From NCBI GenBank assembly GCA_010405405.1, contig MU004234.1, forward strand, positions 1,825,275-1,889,274: a stretch of 64,000 nucleotides of DNA, in the 5' to 3' direction. Below are positions 22,030 to 34,868 of this stretch, in pieces (the stretch's first letter is position 1; each line of letters opens with the position of its first letter). Under the pieces are notes generated by a model. It had not been told where the DNA came from. It did not search any database and saw nothing but the letters and a program-made list of their open reading frames with translations. The translations under genes and the position numbers were made by a program. Source of the stretch: Microthyrium microscopicum. Its lineage: Eukaryota.

Positions 22030-24951
22030 TCACCAGCCCGACTTTGTGACAGACACAGCAGCACTAGTCTTAGATGCATCATGAGGCGGAACGGACGACA
22101 CAACCGGCTTTGAGTATGATGGCGCCGAGGGCTCTGTTGAATGAGGCGGCGGCACGTATGCTGACGATTGCGGTGATGGTACATATTGACTTGAATGAGC
22201 TGGTGGTTCAACCCATTTACTGCTAGAATGCTGAGGTTGAGATGCCCAAGAATTGCCTGAAGGCTCAGGCGGAGGGCCTTCCCAGCCATTGCTCGGATAC
22301 TGTGACTGAGGTCCCCAGGCCTCGCTTGAATGTTGGGGAGGAGAGGATCCCCAACCGTTGCTTTGATACTGTGAATGAGAACCCCAAGCATCGCTCGAGT
22401 ACTGGCCTGGTATGTTCCATGTACCTCCTGAGTACTTAGGTGATCCCCAGCCAGTTGGGGTGGGACTTTCATAAATTGTGGGTTTTGAGTGTGTGTCCCA
22501 GTTCTTGGGCGACGTTGTGCTTGATGTGCTTGAAGTGGTGGAAGAGCTCGTGGGAGAAGAGCTTGTAGTGGACGAGCTTTTAGTTGAGCTTGAAGTGGTC
22601 GAGGAGCTCGTACTTGAAGAGCTTGTGGTAGAAGAGCTTGTTGTAGAAGAGCTCGTGGTGGAAGAGCTGGTAGTAGAAGAGCTGGTAGTAGAAGAGCTGG
22701 TAGTAGAAGAGCTGGTAGTAGAAGAGCTNNNNNNNNNNNNNNNNNNNNNNNNNNNNNNNNNNNNNNNNNNNNNNNNNNNNNNNNNNNNNNNNNNNNNNNN
22801 NNNNNNNNNNNNNNNNNNGTAGTAGAAGAGCTGGTAGTAGAAGAGCTGGTAGTAGAAGAGCTGGTAGTGGCGGAGCTGGTAGTAGACGTGCTTGTGGTGG
22901 AAGAGCTCGTGGTTGACGAGCTTGTAGCTGTGCTTGAGGTGGTTGAAGAGCTTGTGGTTGACGAGCTTGTTGTGCTTGAGGTACTTGACGAAGTTGTAGA
23001 GCTACTACTGATCGAGGTTGTGCTAGTCGAGCTAGAATATGTCGTCGACGATTTGGAAGACGGTGTTGATGTGGACGAGCTTGTAGTGGAAGATAAGCGA
23101 GTTCCGGGAGTACTTGTCGCGGAACTGGACGACGACGACGTAATTAGGCTAGAAGATATTGGTGTAGAAGATATTGGTGTAGATGATATTGGTGTAGAAG
23201 ATATTGGTGTAGATGATATTGGTGTAGAAGATACTGAGATAGAAGATACTGAGATAGAAGATACTGAGATAGAAGACACTAGGGTAGAAGAAGGGGCCGT
23301 TGAGGAGCTTCGGACAGAAGATGCTGGAGTCAAAGAAATAGAAGGTTTCATCGTGGTAGTTGTGATTACTGGAGGCGTTACGAAACTCGTAAAAGAGGAA
23401 AGGAAAGATGTGGCACTGTTTGGCATCGTCGAGGTTTTAGGTGTAGCAGACGTCGTAGTTGGGCAAGTCCCGACTCCCGATGTGGGCGCTGCCAGGACTG
23501 GAGGAGCGAATAAGAGCTATATTCGATTAGTTTAGGAGTGACCTGAGAAGGAAGTATATGATAGGGTAGCACGAAGTCCTTTAGGCTAAAGATCGCTACT
23601 GAGAAGCGTGCACTTACTCGATCAATCACATGAACGACGCCGTTTTTGATGATACTGTCCGATTTGATGACCTAAATTCAAGTCAGTCATGGTCTAATGA
23701 TTAAAGAAGGAGGGACGCAGACCTTTGCTCCATTGATGAATATGTCACCTTGGACATCAGTGGTGACATCTATGATTGAGCCGTCTTGAGCCCGAGCTTG
23801 CAGTCCTTCTACAAGGACGGGAGAATATGCCGTGAAGCCAACTATGATATGGGCTCGAAGTAGACGAGCAATGTCCAAATTACCCTGTGAGCATTGCAAA
23901 GCTGTCTTGATAGCCGAATCACTTGGTACGAACACCGTTATTTCAGGAATGTTGTCCAAATACATGAATGCATCAGAGATGTATGAAGAGAAGATTGAAG
24001 TATTGGTTGTGGATGCGAGGGTTGCTGAGAGCGTCTGCGGTCTAGTAAAGAAGCTTGAAACGTTTCGTTAGCTCAATGTTCCTTCAGGGACTATAGTAAA
24101 GTTGACGTACTCGCTGACAATATGTATGATTCCACCGTCGAAGGGGATATCCGCTTTTATAATGGTAACAACGTCTCCGAATCCAGAGTATATTTTGACT
24201 GGATCTGTTGCGTTACAGAGGCCACCAGATTCTCGTGCTCCTGGATATCATTAGTATGCAAAGCTTCAATTTTCGATGTTCAAGCCGGCCATCTTCTGTT
24301 GGATAATCCTGTGTATCATGCTCATGTTTGCAAAGGGTACAACATAGCATTATCAAACATAAGACCTGAACTATGACTGGGATGAAAAATCTCACCATGA
24401 GTTGTGGCAACTTGACCCCTCCCACTGAGAATAGCGTCTTGATAGTCATATGTTGGAATGACTGAGCCCGTGAATGACCTTAGGAGCGCCGAGGGTAATA
24501 CATGGGGAGAAATCTGGTACAAGAAGCTCGGATTGGTTGCCAGTTGACGCCTAACCCAACTACTTCCAGCCTCCGTATCTCTTTTGAATTTAGAGCTCAA
24601 AGTCTGGGGAACAAACACAGTTCCCGCATCATTAGCTGGAGTCTGTCCTCCAGAGGCTCCCGACTCCCCAGTCATTGGAGCAGCTGTAATAGATTAGTGT
24701 CTACTCATGATATGGAGTGGTTTGCTAGCCAACGGTCGTATCTGGCTTGTTAAACCGTTCAAAACCTTCGATTTAATTATGCGATATCAAAGTTTCAACA
24801 AGCGATCAAAGACTTCTGCATAATAATACTCACCCCACTGGTCACCACCAACTGAAGTCACTGCAGAGACCGCAGACCCAGCATCTCCTCCATGAATAAT
24901 CCATATGTGTACCGATATCAACGATAGTAGCGTATAAAGACGTGAAAACAT
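22030..24951 (-). CDS. Secreted fasciclin (two FAS1 domains) protein with a long Ser/Thr-repeat stalk and Trp-repeat tail, ~6 exons, spanning an assembly gap
   Basis: Signal peptide MFSRLYTLLSLISVHIWIIHG; TVFVP, ADIPFDGGIIHIVS, ITVFVPSDSAI and SDSIIKNGVVHVIDR (FAS1 H1/H2 motifs), joined by canonical introns; then SSTTS repeats; stop TGA at 22030-22032. Confidence 0.8.
22540..23280 (-). repeat. 15-bp coding tandem repeats (SSTTS, ISSTP, ISVSS) with a 90-N assembly gap at 22729-22818
   Basis: gaagagctggtagta arrays flank the N-run; gaagatattggtgta and gaagatactgagata arrays lie at about 23150-23280. Confidence 0.9.
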
Positions 24952-26907
24952 AGTTCCTGATGGAGAGGACTCGGATCCTTCGAAAAGTTGAGGCTGATAT
25001 CAGATAAGTTTGGAACAGTACCCGAAAGGCCAACTTTGAGCGATAGAATGTACTTATAATATTATTAGCTTCCTATTCTCAAGGCATGATGATCCCGAAC
25101 TAGAATACTTACGCCACGATTCTTGACCTATCCAGCGGCACGACAAGGCACGTTCGCCCCGGAATAATCTCAAGTGCGATGGACCGGACACGACGAACTT
25201 TCCTGTGAGGCTGTGAGAAGCAGCCACCCATCCCATGTATCCGACAATTCATAAGCATTACGAGGTACCTCTCCGGATCAGATCTCCAATGCAGCAGCAG
25301 TATGCATGCGCTTGGACGCGGTTATGCAGTGATGAATATCATGAATGCCTGTATCATCAGCCCGATCAGAGAGCTGTGGACGAAATATCTTACCACAGAA
25401 TGACTGGCAGGACGAAGTTCTGACTTTCAAAGTGATGAGACCCTGTTGAAAGCAAACCTTAGACGACTCTTTTAAGTGGTACGAAATACAACTCCACGGA
25501 AATGGAATATTGGAAACTCAAACCGGAAGCGTGACCTAGTTGCCAGTTACACATGAAAGTTGACTTTGCATGCGTTAGCAGCGTTACGAAGCTCAAAAAT
25601 CATGGTGCTTTTGAGCCTCAAACTAAACGCTACCTGTCTGTCTAAGTGCGCTAATTTCAAGCATTGAATGCAACCATATCCAGCCGTCAAATAGGATGTG
25701 CCAATTCATCTGCAACTTGAACTAGGCGAGTTGAACTACAAATCGTAAGCCACCCGGAATCCGGGGTTGGAGAAGCGAGCGGCGAAGCATTGGAACAGAC
25801 ATGCATTGTGGTCCAAAAGCAGGGAAAAACAAAACATGATGCAGGTTTAAGCCATGGCTAGGTCACTGAAATAGGAAGAAAATACACTAAACCATCTCTC
25901 TTATGTGGAAGGATTAAACAAACTCCGCAGGCGTGGTTGGTGGCGAAATTCATTGGCTAGATTTTGTGAGGCAGGATCTGTCGCTCATCAGGCTGAGCCC
26001 CTTGAAGCCGCACGCATACATAGACCTTGTTCCCTATGGACTGCCAAGACATGAAGATTGCGTGGTCTCTCCGAATGCATGTGCAGTGAGAGAGGACAAC
26101 AGGGATGAGGTATTTGTCGAGAAAAGAGTATATTGATCTACTCTCACTTAGGGAAGCATTGCATGGTTTCTGATGAAGGTGATTAGAAGATGCTTCCAAG
26201 TATCATACACGATACCCAACTACTGTAGCCTTGCAAGTACATGGTTACATCATAAAAATAGAGCAGAAATGAGCTGGCGTAATTTTATATACTGGCTTTC
26301 GCGGTTCTCATGTCGCCGAAACTTAGACAAGTCGCGGAATAGCCATCAAGAATGACTTGTGACTGGCCCTTCTGGATAGCTTGTTCGGATTGTTGAATCT
26401 TAAGCAAAACCCTGAGCTTAAGTACGAGTTTTCCGATACAAGGGAGCTGATAGTATGCGGGAAGAGAAGTTCACATGGCTCGATGCCGACCTTGCCGGTC
26501 ACTGGTCACAATAACGATGTCCCTTATGCGAAGTGATGGGGCTTCAGCCTCAACAATGCCATCTTCTGGATCTCATGCGGGCTTAGACCACATGTGGGAT
26601 GAGCGACTACATGTAGCCTCAAAGTCTAGGATGTCGTGGTTGTTCTATTCGTGAAGCCCGACACTGCATTCGGACCGGATTCATTGCCAAAGTATGTGGC
26701 AGTAGTATGAGCCTAACAAATTAGATTCGGCAAGATAACTTGGGAAATAGTACTTCGGAAAGGGCCAATTATACAGCTCTCAGGCTACAACAGATCACCG
26801 TGATCTTATTTATACGAGCATTGCTACAAGCTACAGCACTGTGACTGGACTGCGCTGCACCAACATTTATTTATCTAACCATCAATATTTACGACTTCGA
26901 CGTTATC

Positions 26908-29821
26908 ATGGCTCTTCCACGAGAGCAGGAGAATACGGATATTAGTGAGCCGCTCGCATCCCTTCCGCTACGAAATGACGAGAACGAAGAAATCTTTGAA
27001 GAACGAAACGCAATTCCACAGGAACGGAAGCGCAAACGCCCCAAATTGTATTCCCGGCGAGTCAGGAACACCCTCACTCTTCTTTTTGGCGTATGTTGGA
27101 TTGTGCCAGCAGTGTGCTTGATGTATCTTGATATTTCTGGGTACGTTGTTGGCGCCGCGATAGGGTGTCGTTCATGTCGAATCAACCCAAACCTGGCAAA
27201 TGCCTCAAGGAATGAACAAGCGCAAGATAAGCGCAATCACAACATCTTGGGCGCGCTTCAGCTACTTGCAAAATTATTAGAAGCATGGTTCATATTTGCT
27301 GCTGGAAGTCTGGCATACAACTACGCTATCCGCCTAGCCAAAAAGGGTGTTCTTCCTGTGAGCATGCTGACGGTTCACGCCGAGTTTCTAAACTTGCCAT
27401 ATATGAGGAATCTCATGGGAAGGACCATAGGTGTCATGAAAGAAGGATCCAGCGAAACAAGAAGCCATCACAGTCGAGAAAACAGTCAGATATTTGAAAG
27501 CTCCGCGGCCCACGACCTGGTGCCACAACATATTGGCCCTGGCTCTTCAGCTTCCAGCATAAACCGACTGACGCCACTCCAAGCTAGAAGAAACCGACTT
27601 CAACTATATGTCTTCGTCTTTTGTATGGTCTTCCTATGTCTTCTTGCCAACTTGATGAACCCGGCGTTGGCTATTCTCATCTTGCCGCAACTACAGTTCA
27701 AGACCATCAATCTACAGCAGACTAGCATTTTCCAACAGCTGTTCTCATCGAGCAGTCCAAACTACGAGGCTGGCGACTTTAGACCTCTTCCAGGCTGTTC
27801 AGCTGCTCAGATTGCAGGAGGGCTTTACAACTGTACTTCGCTTGTGTACGGAACAAGTTTAGATGGACTACTATCCTCTGGAAGCTCATCGTATTGGCAA
27901 GTCCAGGTAAGAAGTCCCCGTGACAATCGATTTTGGCAACCCCATCACGCACATAGAATGCCTCTTACACGGTCTATTGGTCGTTGGTGTATACTATTAT
28001 CGCCCATTCCAATGTCGAATGGGCCCGGTCTTTGGGTTTTGAGCGCCGTGGAGGCCTCGTTGTTTTTTGGGAGAGTAGTTCTACACTGACAAAATACAGG
28101 CTCGCCACGCAAATTATCTTCCAGCAGTATCCCAAGAAATGAACATCTCCTTTAGTTTCAATACTTCAACAAGTGCAGCTGGAAGCAGCTTAATCTGGAC
28201 GCCTTCCCGTCAAGTCCTTCGAAACCTGTCATCAGATCTTCAGAACTACAAAGATGTTATTGCAAGCGCAAGTACAGATAAGCACTTTCATTACAATGCT
28301 ACTCGCGCCTATCCCGATTCAAGCCTCTTTGCGCAATCAACGCAGGCCAAGCTCTTACGGTATGGTCCTGTGTACGGAACTTCCTCAGCTTGTCACCTCT
28401 TCAACGTTATTCGTATTCCAGACGGACAGAATCGTGAAATTCGCTGCTACCCAACACTGGGGAGAAGTTATACAAAGTGTATACAAAGTGGATCAGGTTA
28501 CCCACAGAACTCTAATTGGCCTGGCAGCTCAGCGAACTTGACCTTGGAGGCGTATATTGCAGCTACGGCGGGAGTATTGAAACTAGCAAACACCACAATC
28601 TCCATATATTCCACACCGAAGGCCCGATATTTCCAACAAGATGAGAACGGGAATAGCTGCGCCTCGTCATCGCCCCCCTCCTGTGGTAATTGGGATGACA
28701 TATTCTCGAAAGGCCAGCCAAATTTTGACATTGGAGATGGAAACGATGCAAGCGCCAGAGCCCAGAACCAGCTGACCTTCGAATACGGTCTCACTGCAGC
28801 AAATGATGGGAATAACACAATGGTCTGGTGTGATACACACCTGTGGCTTGGATTTTCAAACTATGTATGAACTGCTAGTTGAGTCTCATGAGAAAAGCTA
28901 TAATGTCGGATGTTCCCCTGAAATGCTATCGAGCAGCATTTCAGTGGAATAGCTACAATTTGAAAATGGGCGAGAAACCAACAACGATGATGGTACTAAC
29001 AATCCCAGATCCTTGACCTCAATCCCCTTTACAGCACTTTAAATCTAGTGGAGATTGATGTACCTACTGAGACTTTATCCGGCGATACTTCTATCCCTCT
29101 CCATCCCGACTGGATGCTCGCTGCCTGGTCCGCAAACCGAGAAGATTCAAGGGCCACAGGTGATATTGTTGGCCTCAATCACCCTTCCGCTTCCCAAGTC
29201 ATCACCGGCCTCAACACTTTTGCCAATCCACCTTTTAATGACACTCTCGCCTTCGCTCCATTACACATCTATTCCGTTGCACAAGGCCTCTCCTTTGTTC
29301 CGTTCTCTTCCATCGACGATCCCGCAGCTAGCAACAACAAGGGCGGCGTTGTGCTCTTCTCGTCAGCGAGCGTCCAGCTCTGGCAATATAGCGCTTCAGC
29401 AGCAACCTCCATCATCGCTCTCGTAGTCATCACTCTGGGCATTCTCGTAGTATTGCTACGCACAATCTTCTACCTCGAGCGCAGCAGAACACCAACCGAA
29501 CTGATTATCGATGCGCTGCGAAGCCATCGTGCCATTCCACCGACAGTAGCGGCACAGATCGACCAGAAGAGCGGGGAGCCACTCAGGGTGAACTGGACAC
29601 CACGACCAGACAAGAAGCAAATGAGTCCAGACATGAAGGTGAGGCCAGGACATCGTCGCACTTCGAGTTCTTTCATGTTCCACTATCCCAGTGACGAGCC
29701 TTCGCCGGGCATAGAACAACCAGGACAGCAGGGCGACGAAAGCAGCCAAGAAGATGTTCATGGAGCAAGGGCGGGAGCGAGGCCATTGGCATTGCTACCA
29801 AGCCCCATGGAAGAAGTTTAA
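26908..29821 (+). CDS. Uncharacterised multi-pass membrane glycoprotein (about 3 exons)
   Basis: Three long same-strand ORFs (393, 243 and 257 aa) with several hydrophobic segments and many N-x-S/T sites. Putative introns at 27908-28099 and ~28864-29034. Confidence 0.65.
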
Positions 29822-30052
29822 ACGCACGCCGCTCCGGAAAAGTACTATTCCCATTTCATGATAGGTTTTTGGCGGTTCGGAATTTTCCGCGCCGCGGATA
29901 CTGTCGTAATCACGCTCGCTAGCATGGGGTTGCGGTTTTTCAAGCTATGCTCCCTTTTGAGTTCCGGTGTAAGACGATACCCTCGTTTCTGGGTGATTGA
30001 CCACGTTCTTAGTCTCCATATAATAACAGAGCGTTACCAAGATACCTAACAG

Positions 30053-31192
30053 TCATTGCTCGTTTTCACCCATTGTACCGCCAATAGCAGCATTTGCAAC
30101 ATTTCTCGCAAATACAGCGAGAGCATAGAAGCTCCCCGAGTACTCCATATCATACCTGTACCACTCGTTAGCTCTCTCAAACCACTACCAAGCTCGTGCA
30201 TACCAATAATTTACCGCACAGCAAAATTCCTCGTTGCCACATTCCTGCTCCACCTGATGGAACCACAACGCCGGCAAATACAACATATCGCCCTCCCCCA
30301 GCCTTACCCTCACAGGCCTGCAAAGCTCCCTCAACCCCCCTTCTTCCCCTACCTCCGTGACTCCGTCTGGATCCCAGGTTGGAAACGGCACACTCGCTCC
30401 ATCACCATCCAACCTAGCCTCCAACCCAACCTCTTCCACACCAAGCCCCTCTGTCGCATCTTGTTTGGGCACATATCTTGCCCCCTTTAACAATCTCTCT
30501 CCAACACCCGCCACAGCAACCGGCGGCAACAAAGTAAACCTCTTCGCCCCCCTAACCTGCACATAGACATTCTCATAGGGGTCCTTATGTAGCGCAGTCT
30601 TACTCCTCTCATTACCAATCCATACATTCACCGCATCCGGTCCCCTCCCCAACGCCACGCGCGCCCAAGGAATATCAGGTGGCACATCTTCCGCGAGTGC
30701 CGCATACTCGTCTTTCAAATTGCCATCTTGGCTTTGCAGATATACCGTATTTTTGCCTGTCCCGTCGCGAATCAGGTCAAAAGCTTCATTGAAGGGGAGG
30801 GTCGTTTCGTGAGGCTTTACGAGCCAGATATCTCCATTCTCCTGCCGTAGTGGTGCATCTGCGTTGCCGAGGGGCGTTACGGCGACACATACTGGTGAGT
30901 TTGCAAGGGTTTTGGTTAGATAGGAGGCGGACCAGCGGTCATAGGCTGAGAAAGATTTGGCAGCGTTGCGGATTACGAAGGGGCGATTCTGGGCGACGTA
31001 GCGGTGGAATTCGAGCGGGGATGGCTCGGTGGGTAGTTCGTCGATGGTGCTGGAGTTGAGATCGTTATAGTCGCGTAGGAGATCTAGGATATGTTAGGAG
31101 AGTAGAGTAATAGTTGGTTGAGGATTGGTACCTTTGATTGCGCTGTTTAGAGATTTGCTGCTTTCGTTTTGGGGGTTAGTGTCGCGATCCAT
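30053..31192 (-). CDS. JMJD7: JmjC-domain protein, JMJD7-like (cupin_8), 3 exons
   Basis: EPSPLEFHRYVAQNRPFVIR; VAVTPLGNADA; YLQSQDGNL; WIGNERSKTALHKDPYEN (HxD); YLPALWFHQV; AVNYW|YDMEY across the last intron. Confidence 0.88.
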
Positions 31193-31442
31193 CGCTAGAT
31201 TTATCGTAGATGTGGTGATTGGTTATTCGCCAAAGAGATGAAGAAACGATGATAAAAGAGCTCTAAAGTAGGTTTAATTTGGCTAAAAGTCAGGTGACTT
31301 GTCTTTAGCTGTACAAAACAAGAAAATACTCTGTTCAGGTTGGGTATCAAACAGTGTTAAGGTATGCCACTTAACGTCCATGTATGCATAAAAGTCGTAC
31401 TTCAAGCGGTCATACCGCCTATCTCGCCCAGAATATCAATGT

Positions 31443-32729
31443 TTAGGGTACCCGAATCTTGACTCCAGTCCCGCTAAATCTTTTCACGCTATCCCATAAG
31501 CTTTGAGAGACTTTAATGGGTAGCTTGGACCCTTTCAATCTCTGGTCTATCAGCCACAAACCCACAATGAACTGGTTCTTGGTCAATTGACCAATTCTTC
31601 GATCATCTACAAGCTCCCATATTTCAGAGAGTGTCGATGGAGAAAGTCGACTACGTTTCCAAACCTCGCGGACAACCAGATTGAGCACTTCATCTTCTGG
31701 TCGTGATTCCGCGTCGTGTGAAACAGTACGTGGATAAGGCCTTGCAGGGTCTGCAATATAGTAACCTCTGTTCGAAGCCCACAGTCCCGCATATCGTTTG
31801 TATTCTTCCTCCGTCATCTTTTCTCGCCATCGTTTGCGATTCCCTTCATCATGCTTATTCGGATGTCGACGTATTCTCATCCGGTGTTTATCGTCAGAAC
31901 TGGAGCCTGATGACTCTTTCCGTAACGTATGCCTCAGATTGGTCGTTTTATGCGGACTGGATCCTCTAGCTTTGGAATCCTTGGCCGGAGACCGTGAAGG
32001 GTGTTCATCTGACGTCGGGTACTTTGGTGGGCTTCGAGATATGGCGAGGCTAGCTCCGACTATCGCATCTGCAAGACTGTCTCCGGTAACGTGCGGACTA
32101 AGCATTTTCATTGATTGATCTCTGTAATGTTCATTTCCCCGCAAGAGATTTGTATTATCTCTGCGGTTGTCAGTCGGGACATTGAGCGATGCACTACTCC
32201 GGGCATAGGGTGACTGTGATGATGCAATCAATGCGGCGGCTGCGGCTGCGTGCCCTCCTGCGTGGGAGTCCACCCTTGTAGCTGCTCTTCTTGGAAGCGG
32301 CGGATTAGGTGGTTCCTGCCCAATGGGCTGCATGGCATTCAGGTGCGAGGAACGACGTTGATCAATTTGCGATGCCGCTCTCGGTAGTATTGGAGGTGGC
32401 AGGCTTTGGGCGCGAATGTCCGTCACTGACACAGTTCGAGCCGAAGATTGTATAGAAGGCGGAGGGAGTATGTTTCTCTGGCCCAGCTGGTGCTGTTCGT
32501 GATGCTCGGGACGACTCGGACTACGTGACGGCGCTCGTGAGTTGGCTTGGGATTGCCATGATGAAGTAGCAGCAGCCAAGGCTCCATTGGTGGGCTGATC
32601 GGGCTGGAGGGACTGGTTCCTGGCGATTATAGGAGGCTTTGGTTTGACTGGAGGTCTACCAAAAGCTTTGGTAGCTCCGGTGAGAGCGGTGGCAGCGGCA
32701 TCCTCTTGTTTCTTCTCAGGGGTACTCAT
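31443..32729 (-). CDS. IRS4: EH-domain protein, Irs4/Tax4-like
   Basis: Low-complexity N-terminus, then HPNKHDEGNRKRWRE...KRYAGLWASNRG...NLVVREVWKRSRL...LSEIWELVD...FIVGLWLIDQRLKG.KLP. Confidence 0.85.
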   Translation of the reverse strand: MSTPEKKQEDAAATALTGATKAFGRPPVKPKPPIIARNQSLQPDQPTNGALAAATSSWQSQANSRAPSRSPSRPEHHEQHQLGQRNILPPPSIQSSARTVSVTDIRAQSLPPPILPRAASQIDQRRSSHLNAMQPIGQEPPNPPLPRRAATRVDSHAGGHAAAAAALIASSQSPYARSSASLNVPTDNRRDNTNLLRGNEHYRDQSMKMLSPHVTGDSLADAIVGASLAISRSPPKYPTSDEHPSRSPAKDSKARGSSPHKTTNLRHTLRKESSGSSSDDKHRMRIRRHPNKHDEGNRKRWREKMTEEEYKRYAGLWASNRGYYIADPARPYPRTVSHDAESRPEDEVLNLVVREVWKRSRLSPSTLSEIWELVDDRRIGQLTKNQFIVGLWLIDQRLKGSKLPIKVSQSLWDSVKRFSGTGVKIRVP

Positions 32730-33328
32730 GGGAGCTTCTGGCGTGAGGCAGTAGAGTATAAACTACGGAGATAATGAAGCGAAAGGAGGTTCCATGATCT
32801 GCTCAGACCAGACCAAAGACTTATGAAGAACGCAGCGGCATGGAAGGAAGGGCGTTTCCTCAACAAGGCGTTGGGAAGGAGAGAGTTTGCTTGGTGATAT
32901 AAAGTTGGAAGTTGTAGACTCAGACTGAAGTTGAGCAAGGCAAGCATAGCAACAAGGTACAGGAGCTTGAAGCAATGACGCTAAGGCAGAGGCTAAGTCA
33001 GCGCTAGTCTCCACGTGCGTCTTAGATAATCCCCCGGTAATTTAAAGACTTACTAACAGGTCTTCGGCAAAACAGATGATCCGAGTATTGACGCTATGAC
33101 TTGATAAATGCTTGGCGGAAAGAGCTCTCTACGCCTGGGAGATGGTCACGGCTTCCGCAATCGCCAACTTCAAGCTTCGTCTATCAGCTCCCATCTACCC
33201 TCTATCACGACTTTCTCTCTCTATCCCCCAACATCTCCTTCATTACGCCGCTCAATCGGTCGATTGTCCAGCCTAGTAGTCTTTGACACCTTCAAACACC
33301 TAGCCCAAGCCTTCATACAACCGCCAAA

Positions 33329-34109
33329 ATGACTGATCTCTGGTATGTTCGCCTCAATCAATTCACTTCAACCCCCCATCTCCAAGCTCCAGATATATCC
33401 CAAATCATGCAAAAGCTAACTCAATACCTCTCAGCCCCGTCTATGCCGTAAGCTCCACCCCTATTCGACGTCAATATGCCGCCCGCGATCTCTTCAACCC
33501 GCTATCGATGACATGATCCAACCACATACTAACCCGCGATAGCCCTTCTTCGGCGCCATGGGTTGCACATCCGCCATCGTCTTCACCTGCTTTGGCGCCG
33601 CCTATGGTACAGCCAAGTCCGGTGTTGGTATCGCCGCCATGGGTGTCCTCCGCCCCGACTTGATCGTCAAGAGTAAACACCAAACCCTTCCCGCCACCAA
33701 GGCAACAGCGCTAACGGCAACTTCATAGACATTATTCCCGTCATTATGGCTGGTATCATCGGTATCTACGGACTCGTCGTATCGGTTCTCATCTCCAATA
33801 ATTTGACGCAACAAACTGCTCTGTTTACCGGCTTCATCCAGCTTGGTGCCGGTTTGTCCGTTGGTCTTTCTGGTTTGGCTGCTGGCTTTGCAATTGGTAT
33901 CGTTGGTGATGCCGGTGTTCGTGGTTCGGCTCAGCAACCTCGTCTATTCGTTGGCATGATTCTTATCCTTATTTTCGCTGAAGTCCTTGGTATTTTCCTC
34001 TCTTGACCGTTGCTCATCTTTCATCTAATATCAATTAGGTCTTTATGGTCTTATTGTTGCACTTCTCATGAACTCGAGAACCGGTGGAGATGTAACCTGC
34101 ACTCGCTAA
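33329..34109 (+). CDS. VMA3: V-type ATPase 16-kDa proteolipid subunit c, 5 exons including 14-nt and 13-nt first coding exons
   Basis: Spliced sequence [36 protein letters not shown]...[17 protein letters not shown]...[33 protein letters not shown]. Confidence 0.95.
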
Positions 34110-34868
34110 ACCAACTGGAGGAATCATCTAGACAAAGTACATAAGTTATGTACCGGTCACCGGTTCAGTGGGAAAAGCAGGCCTTGCAAGGAGGAGTAGT
34201 GGCGAAGTGACAGAGATATAGAGCTTTGAAGTAATTAACCCATATGTTGTTGGTCTTGGTTACGCTAGACTTGGATTCTGAGTACCAGCTTCGGACCTTG
34301 ATGAAGCTGACACGCGGCATTGTGTATTTTAAGACAGGCGTTGCTGGATGATTTTCAGAAATCGATATAGGAATTCTAGTTGATATATCTGTTTATTCAA
34401 ATTATACTGACTGATGTATCTCATCATCCACCACCTGATCATACAATCATCACCGGAATCAATAAACTAAATAGAGCCCCTGGCTCCAATATTCCAAGCT
34501 CAACCGGTAGGCAAATAAATGTACTGCAGATATGCACGATACAAACATTTGTCCATGGGCTACAGTGTCTTACAGATTGTTATATTTGCCACAAAAGGCT
34601 TCTAGACTTGGGCTGTTTACCAAAAAACCATGGGAAATGTCGAATATTCTCCAAGCAAAGCAGGAGCAGCTATTGCCGTTAACGAAGTTGTGAGATTTAC
34701 TCTTCAAGACTAACGTAGGAACAATAGTGAATCTTTGCATTCAACAAAGATACCTATCAGCGAGCCCCATCTATATACAACAGCTTCGGTTCGCTAGTCT
34801 CGCTATCAATGCTTCTAACAATGCTAAAAATGCTTTTCAAACCGACACTTTTGCGCCCTCTTGGCCAC

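Noticed and set aside
22198..22460. GW/WG motifs as Argonaute hooks linked to the nearby Argonaute
   Set aside because: The host protein has a signal peptide and FAS1 domains, so it is extracellular, and it lies 17 kb from the Argonaute.
21918..22728. (ALLLP)n C-terminus of the 502-aa ORF in the ORF track
   Set aside because: Frame slip caused by the arbitrary N-gap length. The Ser/Thr frame ending at 22030 is the coherent one.
22478..23535. Plus-strand (EELVV)n ORFs
   Set aside because: Antisense shadow of the Ser/Thr repeats of the minus-strand fasciclin gene.
33329..33447. VMA3 micro-exons
   Set aside because: Real, but a commonplace feature of this gene in filamentous fungi.
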